A DNA stretch of 44,553 bases from UHGV virus genome UHGV-0048026; one strand, written 5' to 3'. The notes below the pieces were generated by a model. The model did not search any database and had not been told where the DNA came from. It was given only the letters and a program-made list of their open reading frames with translations. The translations under genes were made by a program, and so were the position numbers. This document shows positions 10,347-24,506 of the stretch, in pieces. How positions within the stretch are numbered: the stretch's first letter is position 1; each line of letters begins with the position of its first letter. This DNA is from a virus.

Positions 10347-12904
10347 CGTCCACCTCCGGAGAACAGACCACCATCGCGCATCTGTGCCTGAATTTCATCA
10401 CGGGCACCCTTGCGGGCCATGTCATACACTGCCTTCATCATCTGTGGACCTGGCAGACCATTCGTACCGTCGTTCTGAATCACCACGTGATTGTTCTGAT
10501 TAAAATTAATGCCTTCAGCCCGCCGCATCTGCGCCGGACTTCCGGCACCGCCCACATAACCACCTTCCGCATAGCCCCGCATCAGCCGGTAAAGATTCCC
10601 CACGCCAATCCGGCTGGTTGCCTCCTTCGTGAAGACAAACTCACCACGGTGAACAATCCCCGCTGGCTCATATTTGCCGCCGGTTCCCGTAAATCCTCCG
10701 GTTGCAAAATGGAATTTCGCCGCAGCGGCCTGAATGGCTGTACCGCCTGACGCGGATGCGCCGCCACCAACAGCCCCGCCAATGGCGCTGCCGATACTCC
10801 CGACAATCCCCACCATTGCCTGCTTAAGCAGAATTTCTGTCATCATGGACAGCACGGAACGGGTGAAGCTGCGCCAGTTCTGCTCACTGCCGGTCAGCAT
10901 CGCCGCCATATTCTGTGCAATACCATCAAAGGTCTGCGTGGCTGCACTTTTAACCTGCGACATACTGTCCGTGGCGCTCTCTTCCCACTCACTCCAGCCG
11001 GACTTCAGGCCTGCCATCCAGCTCCCGCGAAGCTGGTCTTCAGCCGCCCAGGTCTTTTTCTGCTCTGACATGACGTTATTCAGCGCCAGCGGATTATCGC
11101 CATACTGTTCCTTCAGGCGCTGTTCCGTGGCTTCCCGTTCTGCCTGCCGGTCAGTCAGCCCCCGGCTTTTCGCATCAATGGCGGCCCGTTTTGCCCGTTG
11201 CTGCTGTGCGAATTTATCCGCCTGCTGCGCCAGCGCGTTCAGGCGCTCCTGATACGTAACCTTGTCGCCAAGTGCAGCCAGCTGGCGTTTGTACTCCAGC
11301 GTCTCATCTTTATGCGCCAGCAGGGATTTCTCCTGTGCAGACAGCTGGCGACGTTGCGCCGCCTCCTCCAGTACCGCGAACTGACTCTCCGCCTTCCACA
11401 AATCCCGGCGCTGCTGGCTGATTTTCTCATTCGCTCCGGCATGCTTCTCCAGCGTCCGGAGTTCTGCCTGAAGCGTCAGCAGGGCAGCATGAGCACTGTC
11501 TTCCTGACGATCGCCCGCAGACACCTTCACGCCGGACTGTTTCGGCTTTTTCAGCGTCGCTTCATAATCCTTTTTCGCCGCCGCCATCAGCGTGTTGTAA
11601 TCCGCCTGCAGGATTTTCCCGTCTTTCAGTGCCTTGTTCAGTTCTTCCTGACGGGCGGTATATTTCTCCAGCGGCGTCTGCAGCCGTTCGTAAGCCTTCT
11701 GCGCCTCTTCGGTATATTTCAGCCGTGACGCTTCGGTATCGCTCTGCTGCTGCGCATTTTTGTCCTGTTGAGTCTGCTGCTCAGCCTTCTTTCGGGCGGC
11801 TTCAAGCGCAAGACGGGCCTTTTCACGATCATCCCAGTAACGCGCCCGCGCTTCATCGTTAACAAAATAATCATCCTTGCGCAGATTCCAGATGTCGTCT
11901 GCTTTCTTAAACGCAGCCTCTGCCTTAATCAGCATCTCCTGCGCGGTATCAGGACGACCAATATCCAGCACCGCATCCCACATGGATTTGAATGCCCGCG
12001 CTGTCCTGTCTGCCCAGGTCTCCAGCGTGCCCATGTTCTCTTTCAGGCGGCGGGTCTGGTCATCAAACCCTTTCGTTGCGGCTTCGTTCGCCGCCTGCAA
12101 TGCCCCGGCTTCATCGCCGGAACGCTGCAACTGAGCAACATACGCAATCTGCTCCGCCGTCACGTTATGGAACTGGCGCGCCATCGCCGTCAGCCCCGAC
12201 GTCGGGTCAGTGGTCAGCTTCCCGAAGGCTTCAGCGACCTTGTCCACCTCCACACCGGATGCAGAAGAGAAACGCGCCACACTCTGGCTGATGGACGCAA
12301 TCTGAGCCTCACCGCTTACCCCCGCCTTAACCAGTGCACTGAGTGACTCACTGGTCTGGTTAAACGTCAGCCCTGCCGCCTGCCCGGCTCTGGACAGGAC
12401 CAGCATACGATCTGCCGTCAGACCCGACTGATTACCGGAAAGGACCAGCGTTTTGTTGAAATCGGACAGGGTTGAGTTACCCTGATACCAGGCATACGCC
12501 AGCGCACCGGTCGCCACCGCCAGCGAGGTGGCCCCGACCATCGGCAGGGTGATCGCACCGGCAAGCCCCCGGAACATGGGGATCATCCCGCCGAAGGAGT
12601 CCTTCACCTGACCACCCTGTTGCAGCAGGATCAGCCACGGGCTTTGCCCGCCTGCAAGCTGCGTGGCCACGTCGGTGAACTGTGCAGGCAGCATACGCAT
12701 GGCGGCTTTATACTGCCCGACGGAAATCCCCGCTTTCTGTGCAGCCAGCGCCTGTCGGCTCAGCGACTGTTCAACGACTGCCGCTGTTTTTTTCGCATCA
12801 GTTTCCGTACCGGAAAAATGACGCCTGACTCTGGCCATCTGCTCGTCAAATCTGGCCGCATCCAGACTTAAATCAACGACCAGATCGCCTACCGGTTCAG
12901 CCAT
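10343..12904 (-). CDS. H: tail tape measure protein H
   Basis: 853-aa ORF (same length as lambda gpH), coiled-coil rich, Gly-rich C-terminus. Confidence 0.9.
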   Translation of the reverse strand: MAEPVGDLVVDLSLDAARFDEQMARVRRHFSGTETDAKKTAAVVEQSLSRQALAAQKAGISVGQYKAAMRMLPAQFTDVATQLAGGQSPWLILLQQGGQVKDSFGGMIPMFRGLAGAITLPMVGATSLAVATGALAYAWYQGNSTLSDFNKTLVLSGNQSGLTADRMLVLSRAGQAAGLTFNQTSESLSALVKAGVSGEAQIASISQSVARFSSASGVEVDKVAEAFGKLTTDPTSGLTAMARQFHNVTAEQIAYVAQLQRSGDEAGALQAANEAATKGFDDQTRRLKENMGTLETWADRTARAFKSMWDAVLDIGRPDTAQEMLIKAEAAFKKADDIWNLRKDDYFVNDEARARYWDDREKARLALEAARKKAEQQTQQDKNAQQQSDTEASRLKYTEEAQKAYERLQTPLEKYTARQEELNKALKDGKILQADYNTLMAAAKKDYEATLKKPKQSGVKVSAGDRQEDSAHAALLTLQAELRTLEKHAGANEKISQQRRDLWKAESQFAVLEEAAQRRQLSAQEKSLLAHKDETLEYKRQLAALGDKVTYQERLNALAQQADKFAQQQRAKRAAIDAKSRGLTDRQAEREATEQRLKEQYGDNPLALNNVMSEQKKTWAAEDQLRGSWMAGLKSGWSEWEESATDSMSQVKSAATQTFDGIAQNMAAMLTGSEQNWRSFTRSVLSMMTEILLKQAMVGIVGSIGSAIGGAVGGGASASGGTAIQAAAAKFHFATGGFTGTGGKYEPAGIVHRGEFVFTKEATSRIGVGNLYRLMRGYAEGGYVGGAGSPAQMRRAEGINFNQNNHVVIQNDGTNGLPGPQMMKAVYDMARKGARDEIQAQMRDGGLFSGGGR

Positions 12905-13331
12905 ACCGGACTCCTCCTGCGATCCCTTCTGATACTGTCATCAGCATTACGTCATCCTCCGTCATGTCCGCCACATCCGGGGAAGCGGGGATAACTTCAT
13001 TCCCGTCCGGGCCAAAGCGGACACCTCCGGCAAGCCCTGCCGCTTTCTGCATCAGCACATCATCTTCAGGCTCTTCGTCAGCCTCGCGCCGGTTAAGCAG
13101 ACTGAAATCCAGCGGATGCATATCCGGATCGCTGAAAAACAGGCTGAGCACGGTGTACGTCAGCCCGGAAAAGTGCATATCCAGCAGAACATCATGAAAA
13201 TAATGGGTACTGTAAAAGCGGTGCCAGTCGGCATACTCCGTGGATGACATCCCGGCAAGCATGGCACGCCAGTCGGGTCGCCCCATCTCACGCGCCAGTT
13301 TCAGGGCAAAACTCAGCTCACCGTCGAACAC
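12897..13331 (-). CDS. T: tail assembly chaperone T frame, expressed as G-T fusion by -1 frameshift
   Basis: ORF in -1 frame relative to G beginning at the slip site; lambda gpT-like. Confidence 0.8.
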   Translation of the reverse strand: MFDGELSFALKLAREMGRPDWRAMLAGMSSTEYADWHRFYSTHYFHDVLLDMHFSGLTYTVLSLFFSDPDMHPLDFSLLNRREADEEPEDDVLMQKAAGLAGGVRFGPDGNEVIPASPDVADMTEDDVMLMTVSEGIAGGVRYG

Positions 13332-13735
13332 TTTCCCGCAGAAACAGGCTCTGCAGGCCCGGCGTCCTCTGTCTGTTCAGGGGTATTATTCACAACAAAC
13401 TCATACATACCGGACAGCCGGTACACCACGTTTTCAGCATGAGAAATTGCCTCCGTGGGCCAGGTGGTAAGCACTTCCTGCTCAATCTGTTTAACGGCTT
13501 CATTCATGGACGGCATCTGCGTCTTCTGCGGATGGTTATGCCACAGGGACATCGCCACCAGAAACGCGCCGGTTCTGATGGCGTCTTCCACAGTAAACTT
13601 CCGGTTGCTGTCTGACTCCGCCTGTTCTGCCTGCCGTTTCATCAGGGCGAGATGCTCAATACGCTGCAGGGCTGACAGTTCAGAAAGCGTGACGGTCACA
13701 CCGTTATGTTCAAATGATTCGGTTTTCAGGAACAT
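13313..13735 (-). CDS. G: tail assembly chaperone G
   Basis: 140-aa ORF ending ...PVSAGKCSTVS, lambda gpG-like. Confidence 0.9.
   Translation of the reverse strand: MFLKTESFEHNGVTVTLSELSALQRIEHLALMKRQAEQAESDSNRKFTVEDAIRTGAFLVAMSLWHNHPQKTQMPSMNEAVKQIEQEVLTTWPTEAISHAENVVYRLSGMYEFVVNNTPEQTEDAGPAEPVSAGKCSTVS
13331..13337 (-). other. programmed -1 ribosomal frameshift heptamer G GGA AAG (G to G-T fusion)
   Basis: minus-strand GGGAAAG (plus ctttccc) spanning codons Gly-Lys near the end of G, exactly where T frame opens. Confidence 0.75.
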
Positions 13736-13750
13736 CGCTGACTCTCCGGA

Positions 13751-14491
13751 TTAACTGGCGGTGACGGTGATTTCTGCAACCGCAGCAAACTCACCATTAC
13801 CGGATACAACCGGAATGTTGACCTTGCCTGCAGCAACACCTTTCACGGTGATGGTCATACCACTGACCGACACGGTGGCTTTTGTTTTATCCGCAGACAC
13901 CGCACGGAAGCTCTTGTCGGTTGCGCCTTCCGGCTGGAATGCCACGGTCAGCGTGGTGCTCTGCCCTTTCACCACCGAAGTGCTGGCAGGCGTCACGGTC
14001 ATGCCGGTTGCCGCTGTTACCGTGCTGCGATCTTCTGCCATCGACGGACGTCCCACATTGGTGACTTTCACCGTGCGGGTGATCACTTCCTTCGCCGTCA
14101 CCGCCTTACCGATACTGCTGACCCAGCCACGGAACACATCGACCGTGCCGTTCGGGAAGCGGATTTTATAGGCACGGGTATCGCCTTCATTAAACCACGC
14201 CAGCAGCGCCTGCTGCCCCTGCTCTCCGGGCATCCACGCCAGCGTGAAGCTGGTATCTCCGGCAGATTTCTGCCCCTGCCCGGTCGCAGTCCAGTCTGCA
14301 TCTTCATCATCGAGATAGCTGTCGTCATAGGACTCAGCGGTCAGTTCGCCGGGCGTCAGGTCTTTAACTTTTGCCAGACGCGACCAGTCAACGTCTGAAA
14401 GCGGATTCGCATAAGGGTCACCGCTCCCCTTATAAACCCACAGGGTGGTCCCGGCACCTTTCACCGGCATTGTAGGATTTGGTACAGGCAT
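13751..14491 (-). CDS. V: major tail protein V
   Basis: lambda gpV-like ([30 protein letters not shown]...), 246 aa from ATG 14491; C-terminal Ig-like domain. Confidence 0.9.
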   Translation of the reverse strand: MPVPNPTMPVKGAGTTLWVYKGSGDPYANPLSDVDWSRLAKVKDLTPGELTAESYDDSYLDDEDADWTATGQGQKSAGDTSFTLAWMPGEQGQQALLAWFNEGDTRAYKIRFPNGTVDVFRGWVSSIGKAVTAKEVITRTVKVTNVGRPSMAEDRSTVTAATGMTVTPASTSVVKGQSTTLTVAFQPEGATDKSFRAVSADKTKATVSVSGMTITVKGVAAGKVNIPVVSGNGEFAAVAEITVTAS

Positions 14492-14498
14492 AGCGTCC

Positions 14499-14894
14499 TC
14501 ACATTTCATAGGTAATGACATAAGTCAGATCGGCTGAACTCCACAGGCCCGCATCATCGTCGCGCCGGTAGTCATAGCCGCTGGCCACCATACTGGTGAT
14601 CAAATCTGACAGTGCCGGGATATCGCTCATCACCGGATAAATCCGGGACTCCATCCACGCATCCAGCTCTGAATCCGGCACCTGAGCAGGCAGGAAAACT
14701 TCGATATGCAGCTCCGCCTGCCAGGTATCGCTGTCCAGCTCTTCGCCCGTGTATTCAGCGCCGGTGAGATAAACGGCAACTGCCGGAAAATCCGCCTCAT
14801 CAAAAACAGCGGGGCGACCATCAAAAAACGTCGCCCCGGTGTCATGCTTCTCCAGTGCATCCAGTACGGCTGCACGGAGTTCAGTATGTTTCAT
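14499..14894 (-). CDS. U: tail terminator protein U
   Basis: 131-aa ORF, lambda gpU-like. Confidence 0.9.
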   Translation of the reverse strand: MKHTELRAAVLDALEKHDTGATFFDGRPAVFDEADFPAVAVYLTGAEYTGEELDSDTWQAELHIEVFLPAQVPDSELDAWMESRIYPVMSDIPALSDLITSMVASGYDYRRDDDAGLWSSADLTYVITYEM

Positions 14895-15469
14895 CGCTTT
14901 ATTACCATCCTCAGTTGATGCTGCAGCGCATAGCCCAGCTCTTTCGGAAGACGTTCACGCCGTATCCGCTCAATATTTTGTTTAAACGCCGTGGTCAGCG
15001 GCACCGCCATCGGGATTTTCACCACATCAATGGGGTAACGGTTTTTCCCGGCCACACGCTGCATGACATGCCATCGGCCATTTTTCAGTTGCTGAATAAA
15101 CGCGCCGGGAATACGACGGTTACCCACCACAAGCACGCTGCCGCCACCTTTCAGGGATGAACGCTGCCCCTTTTTACGACGCCTGCGGCGCGAAAGGACA
15201 ACCTGCGCATTACCCAGCTTGATTACGGGCAAATCCCCCCGGTTAACTTTGATTCTGGCCTGCGGATTTTTGACCGTGGCCCTTTTCAGCCTGGCCCTTT
15301 CCTTTACCAGTTTCCGGCGTACCTTTGTCTCACGGGCAACCTGTGACGCCGACTGCGATATCGCGGATGAAGCAACGCGGTTAATGGCCATTGCGGCGGC
15401 ACCAGGCACCGCCGTTTTGCTGATACGGCTGAGGTTTTCAATGGCCTGCTCAAGACCTTTTATGGCCAT
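14891..15469 (-). CDS. Z: tail completion protein Z
   Basis: 192-aa ORF, lambda gpZ-like. Confidence 0.9.
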   Translation of the reverse strand: MAIKGLEQAIENLSRISKTAVPGAAAMAINRVASSAISQSASQVARETKVRRKLVKERARLKRATVKNPQARIKVNRGDLPVIKLGNAQVVLSRRRRRKKGQRSSLKGGGSVLVVGNRRIPGAFIQQLKNGRWHVMQRVAGKNRYPIDVVKIPMAVPLTTAFKQNIERIRRERLPKELGYALQHQLRMVIKR

Positions 15470-15480
15470 ACATCCCCCTT

Positions 15481-15834
15481 TCAGCGGCGACGGTTAACGG
15501 CAGGCGGTACGCCCCGCCCAAGCCAGAGATGACAGCTTCCACCATCATCCGGCGAAACCCGGTCTATCCAGAAGTTTTCCTCACCGATGGTCAGCGTGTC
15601 TCCACGCCGCAGCTGCCGCACATCATCAGTCCGGACAAACAGGGACGGGCTGGAGCCTTCAACGCGCACGCCCTGTCCGGCATAGCTGATATTTTCAGGG
15701 TCATCAAAAACACCACGTATCACAGCACCGGACAGCTCACCGGATGTCATGGTGGCTGACGTTCCCATGTACCCGCGTATCGTTTCATCGGCGCGGGCAA
15801 TGGCAGCATCGAACAGGTTATCGGAATCAGCCAC
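15481..15834 (-). CDS. FII: head-tail connector protein FII
   Basis: 117-aa ORF, lambda gpFII-like. Confidence 0.9.
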   Translation of the reverse strand: MADSDNLFDAAIARADETIRGYMGTSATMTSGELSGAVIRGVFDDPENISYAGQGVRVEGSSPSLFVRTDDVRQLRRGDTLTIGEENFWIDRVSPDDGGSCHLWLGRGVPPAVNRRR

Positions 15835-15845
15835 AGCGCCTCCCG

Positions 15846-16241
15846 TTATTGCATTCTGGCCAGGCCATGTTCTGTCATTTCGGCTGCCACACCGGCAGAG
15901 ACACGAAACGCCGTTCCCGGCAGCACAAATGCCACAGGCTCATCCCGCGTGGCGTGAAGTGCATCAGTATGCAGCGTCACCAGTGCCACGACCGTGACCA
16001 GAGCAGCCGTATCAATCACGGTATCCGGCTGCGCTGATACCACCTCATTTTCATGTCCGGTCAGCGCATTTTCCGGGCTGACAGATGTGTCCTGACCGGC
16101 AGCGTCATCCGTGTCATCAAGCTCCTCTTCCAGCTCTGCCACACGGAGCACCAGTTCTTCTTTCGTCCCCGTCAGGCTGACATCACGGTTCAGTTGCTCA
16201 CCCAGCACCTGAAGACGGGCAATCAGTTCATCTTTCGTCAT
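15846..16241 (-). CDS. FI: DNA packaging protein FI
   Basis: lambda gpFI-like from internal ATG (MTKDELIARLQVLGEQLNRDVSLTGTKEEL...), strong SD GGAGGAG upstream of 16241. Confidence 0.85.
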   Translation of the reverse strand: MTKDELIARLQVLGEQLNRDVSLTGTKEELVLRVAELEEELDDTDDAAGQDTSVSPENALTGHENEVVSAQPDTVIDTAALVTVVALVTLHTDALHATRDEPVAFVLPGTAFRVSAGVAAEMTEHGLARMQ

Positions 16242-16282
16242 GGACTCCTCCACAGAGAGAAAATGGCCCCGAAGGGCCATGA

Positions 16283-17308
16283 TTACGCCAGTTGTACGGA
16301 CACGAACGCATCAGGATCAGCCAGCAGCATCAGCGGTGCTGACTGAATCATGGTGAACTCACGCGCCGGATCGCCGGTGGTCACCCAGTTTTTCGGGTAG
16401 CGGGCAGAGGCGTTAATACCTTCGCGCTGTGCGTCCGCATCCTGAATGCAGCCATAGGTGCGCAGACCGCGTGCCTGAGTGTTCCCCAGCACCATCGTGT
16501 TGTCCGGCAGGAAGTTCTTTTTGACGTCGTTTTCCACGTACTGTCCGGAATACACGACGATCGCCGTATCGCCATACATCCCCTTATAGGACACCGCTTC
16601 GCCCAGGTCTTTTACCGCTGTCTCCAGCTCGGAATGAGAGCCGCGACGGGTATCCAGCTTCTCCTTGACGGCTTTGAAGGAACGGAACAGCGCCCAGCCT
16701 TTCGGATCAAACACGATGATATTCACCACGCCGCTGGCGTTCAGCGCATAGGCTTCGATATCGTCGGTCGGGTCATACGTGGACTTGTCACGCTTGCTCC
16801 ACTCCGTACCACCGGACTGTGTGATGTTGTTCGCCGCACTGCGGCCCATATCCACCTCAACCGGATCGAAGGCTTCACCGGTCATGGTGTATTTGCCCTT
16901 AAGCACAGCAGAAACTGCCTGCATCTCTTCGACCTGAGCAATGGCCAGCTCTTCGTCTCGCATGTTCTGCATGATGATGCGACGGCGGCGGTAAGCCGGG
17001 TCCGCCAGATTCTGCGGATCTTCATCCGGCAGGCGACGCAGGGTCATCTGCGGATTCACCTCATGCTTGGGTTTGACATATCCCGGCGTAAATTCAGAGG
17101 TGGAGCCGCCACGGGAACGGATAACCTCACCGGAAACAATCGGCGAAACGTACAGCGCCATGTTTACCAGTCCCGGAATTTGTGAGAGATAGACTTTCTC
17201 CGTGGTGAAGGGATAGCTCTCACGGAAAAAGAGACGCAGAAACAGCGGATCAAACTTAAATTTCTGCTCATTTGCCGCCAGCAGCTGGGCGGTTGTGTAC
17301 ATCGACAT
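16283..17308 (-). CDS. E: major capsid protein E
   Basis: 341 aa from ATG 17308 (MSMYTTAQLLAANEQKFKFDPLFLRLF...), lambda gpE-like. Confidence 0.92.
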   Translation of the reverse strand: MSMYTTAQLLAANEQKFKFDPLFLRLFFRESYPFTTEKVYLSQIPGLVNMALYVSPIVSGEVIRSRGGSTSEFTPGYVKPKHEVNPQMTLRRLPDEDPQNLADPAYRRRRIIMQNMRDEELAIAQVEEMQAVSAVLKGKYTMTGEAFDPVEVDMGRSAANNITQSGGTEWSKRDKSTYDPTDDIEAYALNASGVVNIIVFDPKGWALFRSFKAVKEKLDTRRGSHSELETAVKDLGEAVSYKGMYGDTAIVVYSGQYVENDVKKNFLPDNTMVLGNTQARGLRTYGCIQDADAQREGINASARYPKNWVTTGDPAREFTMIQSAPLMLLADPDAFVSVQLA

Positions 17309-17363
17309 AAAAAAATCCCGTAAAAAAAGCCGCACAGGCGGCCTTTAGTGATGAAGGGTAAGG

Positions 17364-17696
17364 TTAAACGATGCTGATTGCCGTTCCGGCAAACGCGGTC
17401 CGTTTTTTCGTCTCGTCGCTGGCAGCCTCCGGCCAGAGCACATCCTCATAACGGAACGTGCCGGACTTGTAGAACGTCAGCGTGGTGCTGGTCTGGTCAG
17501 CATCAACCGCCAGAATGCCAACGGCAGTACCGTCGGTGGTGCCATCCCACGCAACCAGCTTACGGGTGGAGGTGTCCAGCATCAGCGGGGTCATTGCAGG
17601 CGCTTTCGCACTCAATCCGCCGGGCGCGGTTGCCGTATGTGCCGGGTCACTGTTGCCCAGCGGCTGGTAATGGGTAAAGGTTTCTTTGCTCGTCAT
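17364..17696 (-). CDS. D: head decoration protein D
   Basis: 110 aa ([27 protein letters not shown]...), lambda gpD-like. Confidence 0.9.
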   Translation of the reverse strand: MTSKETFTHYQPLGNSDPAHTATAPGGLSAKAPAMTPLMLDTSTRKLVAWDGTTDGTAVGILAVDADQTSTTLTFYKSGTFRYEDVLWPEAASDETKKRTAFAGTAISIV

Positions 17697-17705
17697 AAAC
17701 ATCCC

Positions 17706-18311
17706 TTACACTGGTGTGTTCAGCAAATCGTTAACGGCATCAGATGCCGGGTTACCTGCAGCCAGTGGTGCCGGTGCCCCCTGCATCAGACGATCCAGCG
17801 CAGTGTCACTGCGCGCCTGTGCACTCTGTGGTGCAGCTGCCAGAATGCGGCGGGCCGTTTCCACGGTCATACCGGGGGTTTCGGCCAGCACACGTGCCTG
17901 TTCTTCGCGTCCGTGAGCTTCCTCACAGTTGAGGATCCCCATAATGCGGCTGTTTTCTGCCGCAACCGCAGCGGTGATCTGCGCGTTCACGTCCGGCTGC
18001 GCCGCGCTGGCGTTTTCGCCCTCCGTCGCTTGCACCACGTCAGTAACGTCAGCCTGCGAAGCAGTGGCTGAAACAGTTGTTGATTGAGTCTCTTTGGTCA
18101 TTCGCCCTCCTGAGAGACGGGATTTACGTGCATCCAGTGCATCACGCATAACGGTGATCGCATCGGTGCTGTTGACAAGTTCATCAGCCAGTCCGGCATC
18201 AATGGCCTCCTGACCGCTGTACACTGCAGCCTCGGTATCCAGCACAGCCTGCACGGACAGGCCGGTATATGCCGACACCTTCTGCGCAAACATCCGGCGG
18301 GTTGCATCCAT
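17706..18311 (-). CDS. Nu3: scaffolding protein Nu3 (in-frame internal start within C)
   Basis: internal in-frame ATG at 18311 (MDATRRMFAQKV...) giving 201 aa sharing the C-terminus of C, as in lambda. Confidence 0.7.
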   Translation of the reverse strand: MDATRRMFAQKVSAYTGLSVQAVLDTEAAVYSGQEAIDAGLADELVNSTDAITVMRDALDARKSRLSGGRMTKETQSTTVSATASQADVTDVVQATEGENASAAQPDVNAQITAAVAAENSRIMGILNCEEAHGREEQARVLAETPGMTVETARRILAAAPQSAQARSDTALDRLMQGAPAPLAAGNPASDAVNDLLNTPV

Positions 18312-19005
18312 CCGGGACTGCAGTGTCTCCCGGACATCACCCGGTAGATGGCTGTAGGGGTTGCCATCCACCTTATGGCTGCCGCTGTAAATCAGCGTGA
18401 TTTCCACGCCCTGTTTCTCCAGCGCAGCACCGTAATTACTGTGAGCCATCATGACGCCGATGGAGCCTGTCCGGGCGGTCTGCGTGACCAGACGCCGGGA
18501 GGCGGCGCTGGCAAGCAACTGCCCTGCACTGCAGTTCATGTCATTGGCCAGCGCCCATACCGGCTTTATGTCACGCACACGGGCGATGATGTCAGCGCAG
18601 TCAAATGCCCCTGCCACCATTCCGCCGGGCGTGTCCATATCGAGCAGAATGCCGTCCACCATCGGGTCGCTGGCAGCCTGTTGCAGACGGGCGATAATGC
18701 CGTTGTAACCGGTCATTCCCGAATACGGCTGCAGCGCCCGCGTCCGGCTGACCAGCGTGCCGGACACCGGCAGCACGGCGATGCCGTTCATGACCTGATA
18801 ACTGCGGGCCTGTCGTGGTCCGTCATCATCACCGGATAACGCCAGCGTCGCGGGTGCCTCTCCGGCAACCAGGCTGTCACCGGACACCGCATCCGTCAGG
18901 CGGCTGATCCCAAGCTGGCCTGCAAGCGCACAAAAGAAAACCCGCGCATAGGCGGGTTCAAGCATCAGCGGCTCATTAAAGGCCATGCTGGCAATATGCG
19001 GGAGA

Positions 19006-19025
<20 letters not shown>
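17706..19025 (-). CDS. C: capsid maturation protease / minor capsid protein C
   Basis: 439 aa from GTG at 19025 (VTAELRNLPHIASMAFNEPLMLEPAYARVFF...), overlaps B 3' end by 20 nt as in lambda. Confidence 0.85.
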
Positions 19026-22706
<3,681 letters not shown>

Positions 22707-22732
<26 letters not shown>

Positions 22733-23252
22733 TCAGCAACCCCGGTATCAGTTCATCCAGCGCGGCTGCTTTGTTCATGGCTTTGATGATATCCCGTTTC
22801 AGGAAATCAACATGTCGGTTTTCCAGTTCCGGAAAACGCCGCTGCACCGACAGGGGGATCCCGTCGAGAATACTGGCAATTTCACCTGCGATCCGCGACA
22901 GCACGAAAGTACAGAATGCGGTTTCCACCACTTCAGCGGAGTCTCTGGCATTTTTCAGCTCCTGTGCGTCGGCCTGCGCACGCGTAAGTCGATGGCGTTC
23001 GTACTCAATAGTCCCTGGCTGGAGATCTGTCTCGCTGGCCTGCCGCAGTTCTTCAACTTCCCGGCGCAGCTTTTCGTTCTCAATTTCAGCATCCCTTTCG
23101 GCATACCATCTTATAACGGCGGCAGAGTCATAAAGCACCTCATTACCCTTGCCACCGCCTCGCAGAACGGGCATTCCCTGTTCCTGCCAGTTCTGAATGG
23201 TACGGATACTCGCACCGAAAATGTCAGCCAGCTGCTTTTTGTTGACTTCCAT
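22707..23252 (-). CDS. Nu1: terminase small subunit Nu1
   Basis: 181-aa ORF (MEVNKKQLADIFGASIRTIQNWQEQGMPVLRGGGKGNEV...), lambda Nu1-like. Confidence 0.92.
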
Positions 23253-23460
23253 TGTTCATTCCACGGCCAAAAACAGAGAAAGGAAACGACAGAGGCCCAA
23301 AAGCTCGTTTTCAGCACCTGTCGTTTCCTTTCTTTTCAGAGGGTATTTTAAATAAAAACATCAAGTTACGACGAAGAAGAACGGAAACGCCTTAAACCGG
23401 AAAATTTTCATAAATAGCGAAAACCCGCGCGCCTGCCGCCCCGTGGAAGGCCTCCCCACC
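23253..23460 (-). other. cos region (cosB with terminase/IHF sites plus cosN); cohesive-end equivalent about 23430..23441
   Basis: reverse complement reads GGGCGGCAGGCG-CGCGGGTTTTCGCTATTTATGAAAATTTTCCGGTTTAAGGCGTTTCCGTTCTTCTTCG..., closely matching the first about 190 nt of lambda upstream of Nu1; 12-nt end differs from lambda GGGCGGCGACCT. Confidence 0.8.
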
Positions 23461-23858
23461 GGAAGGACCCACACAAATGAGAGCATTTATCATTAACATT
23501 TACAGATAAGATGACGTACATCATTGAAACGCCATTCAGCCATATACCGGCAGCATTCGTAGTTGCACTCCGTAACTCTGCGACTAAGGTTAAAAACATG
23601 GCCCTCTTTTGCCACCGGCAAATCTTCAATGGATTTCCCCTGCCGGTTTTTTATTTTCGTCGATGCATAACATTGCATTTACATCAATAGCGGCTATTGT
23701 CATTAGTATGTTGCATCAATGCATGGGTGGTATTGGCGGTCTTCGCCGGCCGCTTCTGTGTAGCTGCTCCCTGTGACCGGTTTTTTATTTCTCACATTAC
23801 AGCAACCCCTTAGAGTGAAGGGCTGCTGTAATGCCTGTTACTCAGTAACTACCGCACC

Positions 23859-24138
23859 TTACGGTAATTTCATGAAGGCAAATACCGGACAGTCCGGATG
23901 ACGAGCATCTTCTGTTGCTTCCAGCATTGACTCACCAAACCACTCCGTCGTGGCGCGACCGTCAGCTGCTTTGTAGTGGATCAAGTACTGGTTTTCGCCA
24001 TCCGCATACTGCGCACGGGCTTTAACCTCACCCCATTCATCACTGATGCGCATCTCCACCAGTTGAGACAACTCAAACTTAAACGGAGCAGCATCAGCAC
24101 CAATTACAATCGGTTTGTTTTCTGTTTTTTTCCATCAT
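23859..24138 (-). pseudogene. small hypothetical gene split by a frameshift in an A7 homopolymer run
   Basis: SD AGGAG + ATGATG at 24133-24138 opens a frame that stops after 14 codons; the downstream frame (ORF 23859..24071, TTG-called start) is reached by +1 shift inside AAAAAAA (plus T7 at 24125-24131). Confidence 0.3.
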
Positions 24139-24309
24139 CGTCTCCTGATATCGAAGCCCGTCGCCGCACCGGGCACTGATCAACATTTGAGTATTCGCGG
24201 CGACAGAAAGAATTTATTTTATTGAATAGCCACTAACACAGAATTTCATGCTTTCCGGACGCTGGCGCACCCTTCATTTTTCAGCAAAATATTCCGCTAT
24301 TACAGATGA

Positions 24310-24492
24310 TCAGTTCTGCAGACACTGCCGAACGCCATCGATAAGCTGGCAGACCTGAGAAGCCGTATCGAAAAGCTGGCGCGCCTTATCCAGGCTGACG
24401 CATCCCACCAATAAAAAAGGCACCAGTATCGCTACCAGTGCCCATTTCGCCGCCGTTCGCGGCATTCTGTGTGTCCAGTGTTTTCTGCTCAT
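24310..24492 (-). CDS. small lipoprotein (o-spanin-like position, 60 aa)
   Basis: internal ATG at 24492, 14 nt downstream of endolysin stop; signal peptide with lipobox LLVGC (MSRKHWTHRMPRTAAKWALVAILVPFLLVGC), two Cys in short mature part. Confidence 0.45.
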   Translation of the reverse strand: MSRKHWTHRMPRTAAKWALVAILVPFLLVGCVSLDKARQLFDTASQVCQLIDGVRQCLQN

Positions 24493-24506
24493 AACACACC
24501 TGGTTA

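Noticed and set aside
10734-12346. Plus-strand ORFs inside H (10734..11252, 11198..11728, 11768..12346 and others)
   Set aside because: Antisense shadow ORFs within the tape measure gene; low-complexity R/L/Q/S-rich products
23408-23678. Minus-strand ORFs 23408..23629 and 23493..23678 next to cos
   Set aside because: The first overlaps the cos site itself; neither has an SD; lambda has no genes at the equivalent position
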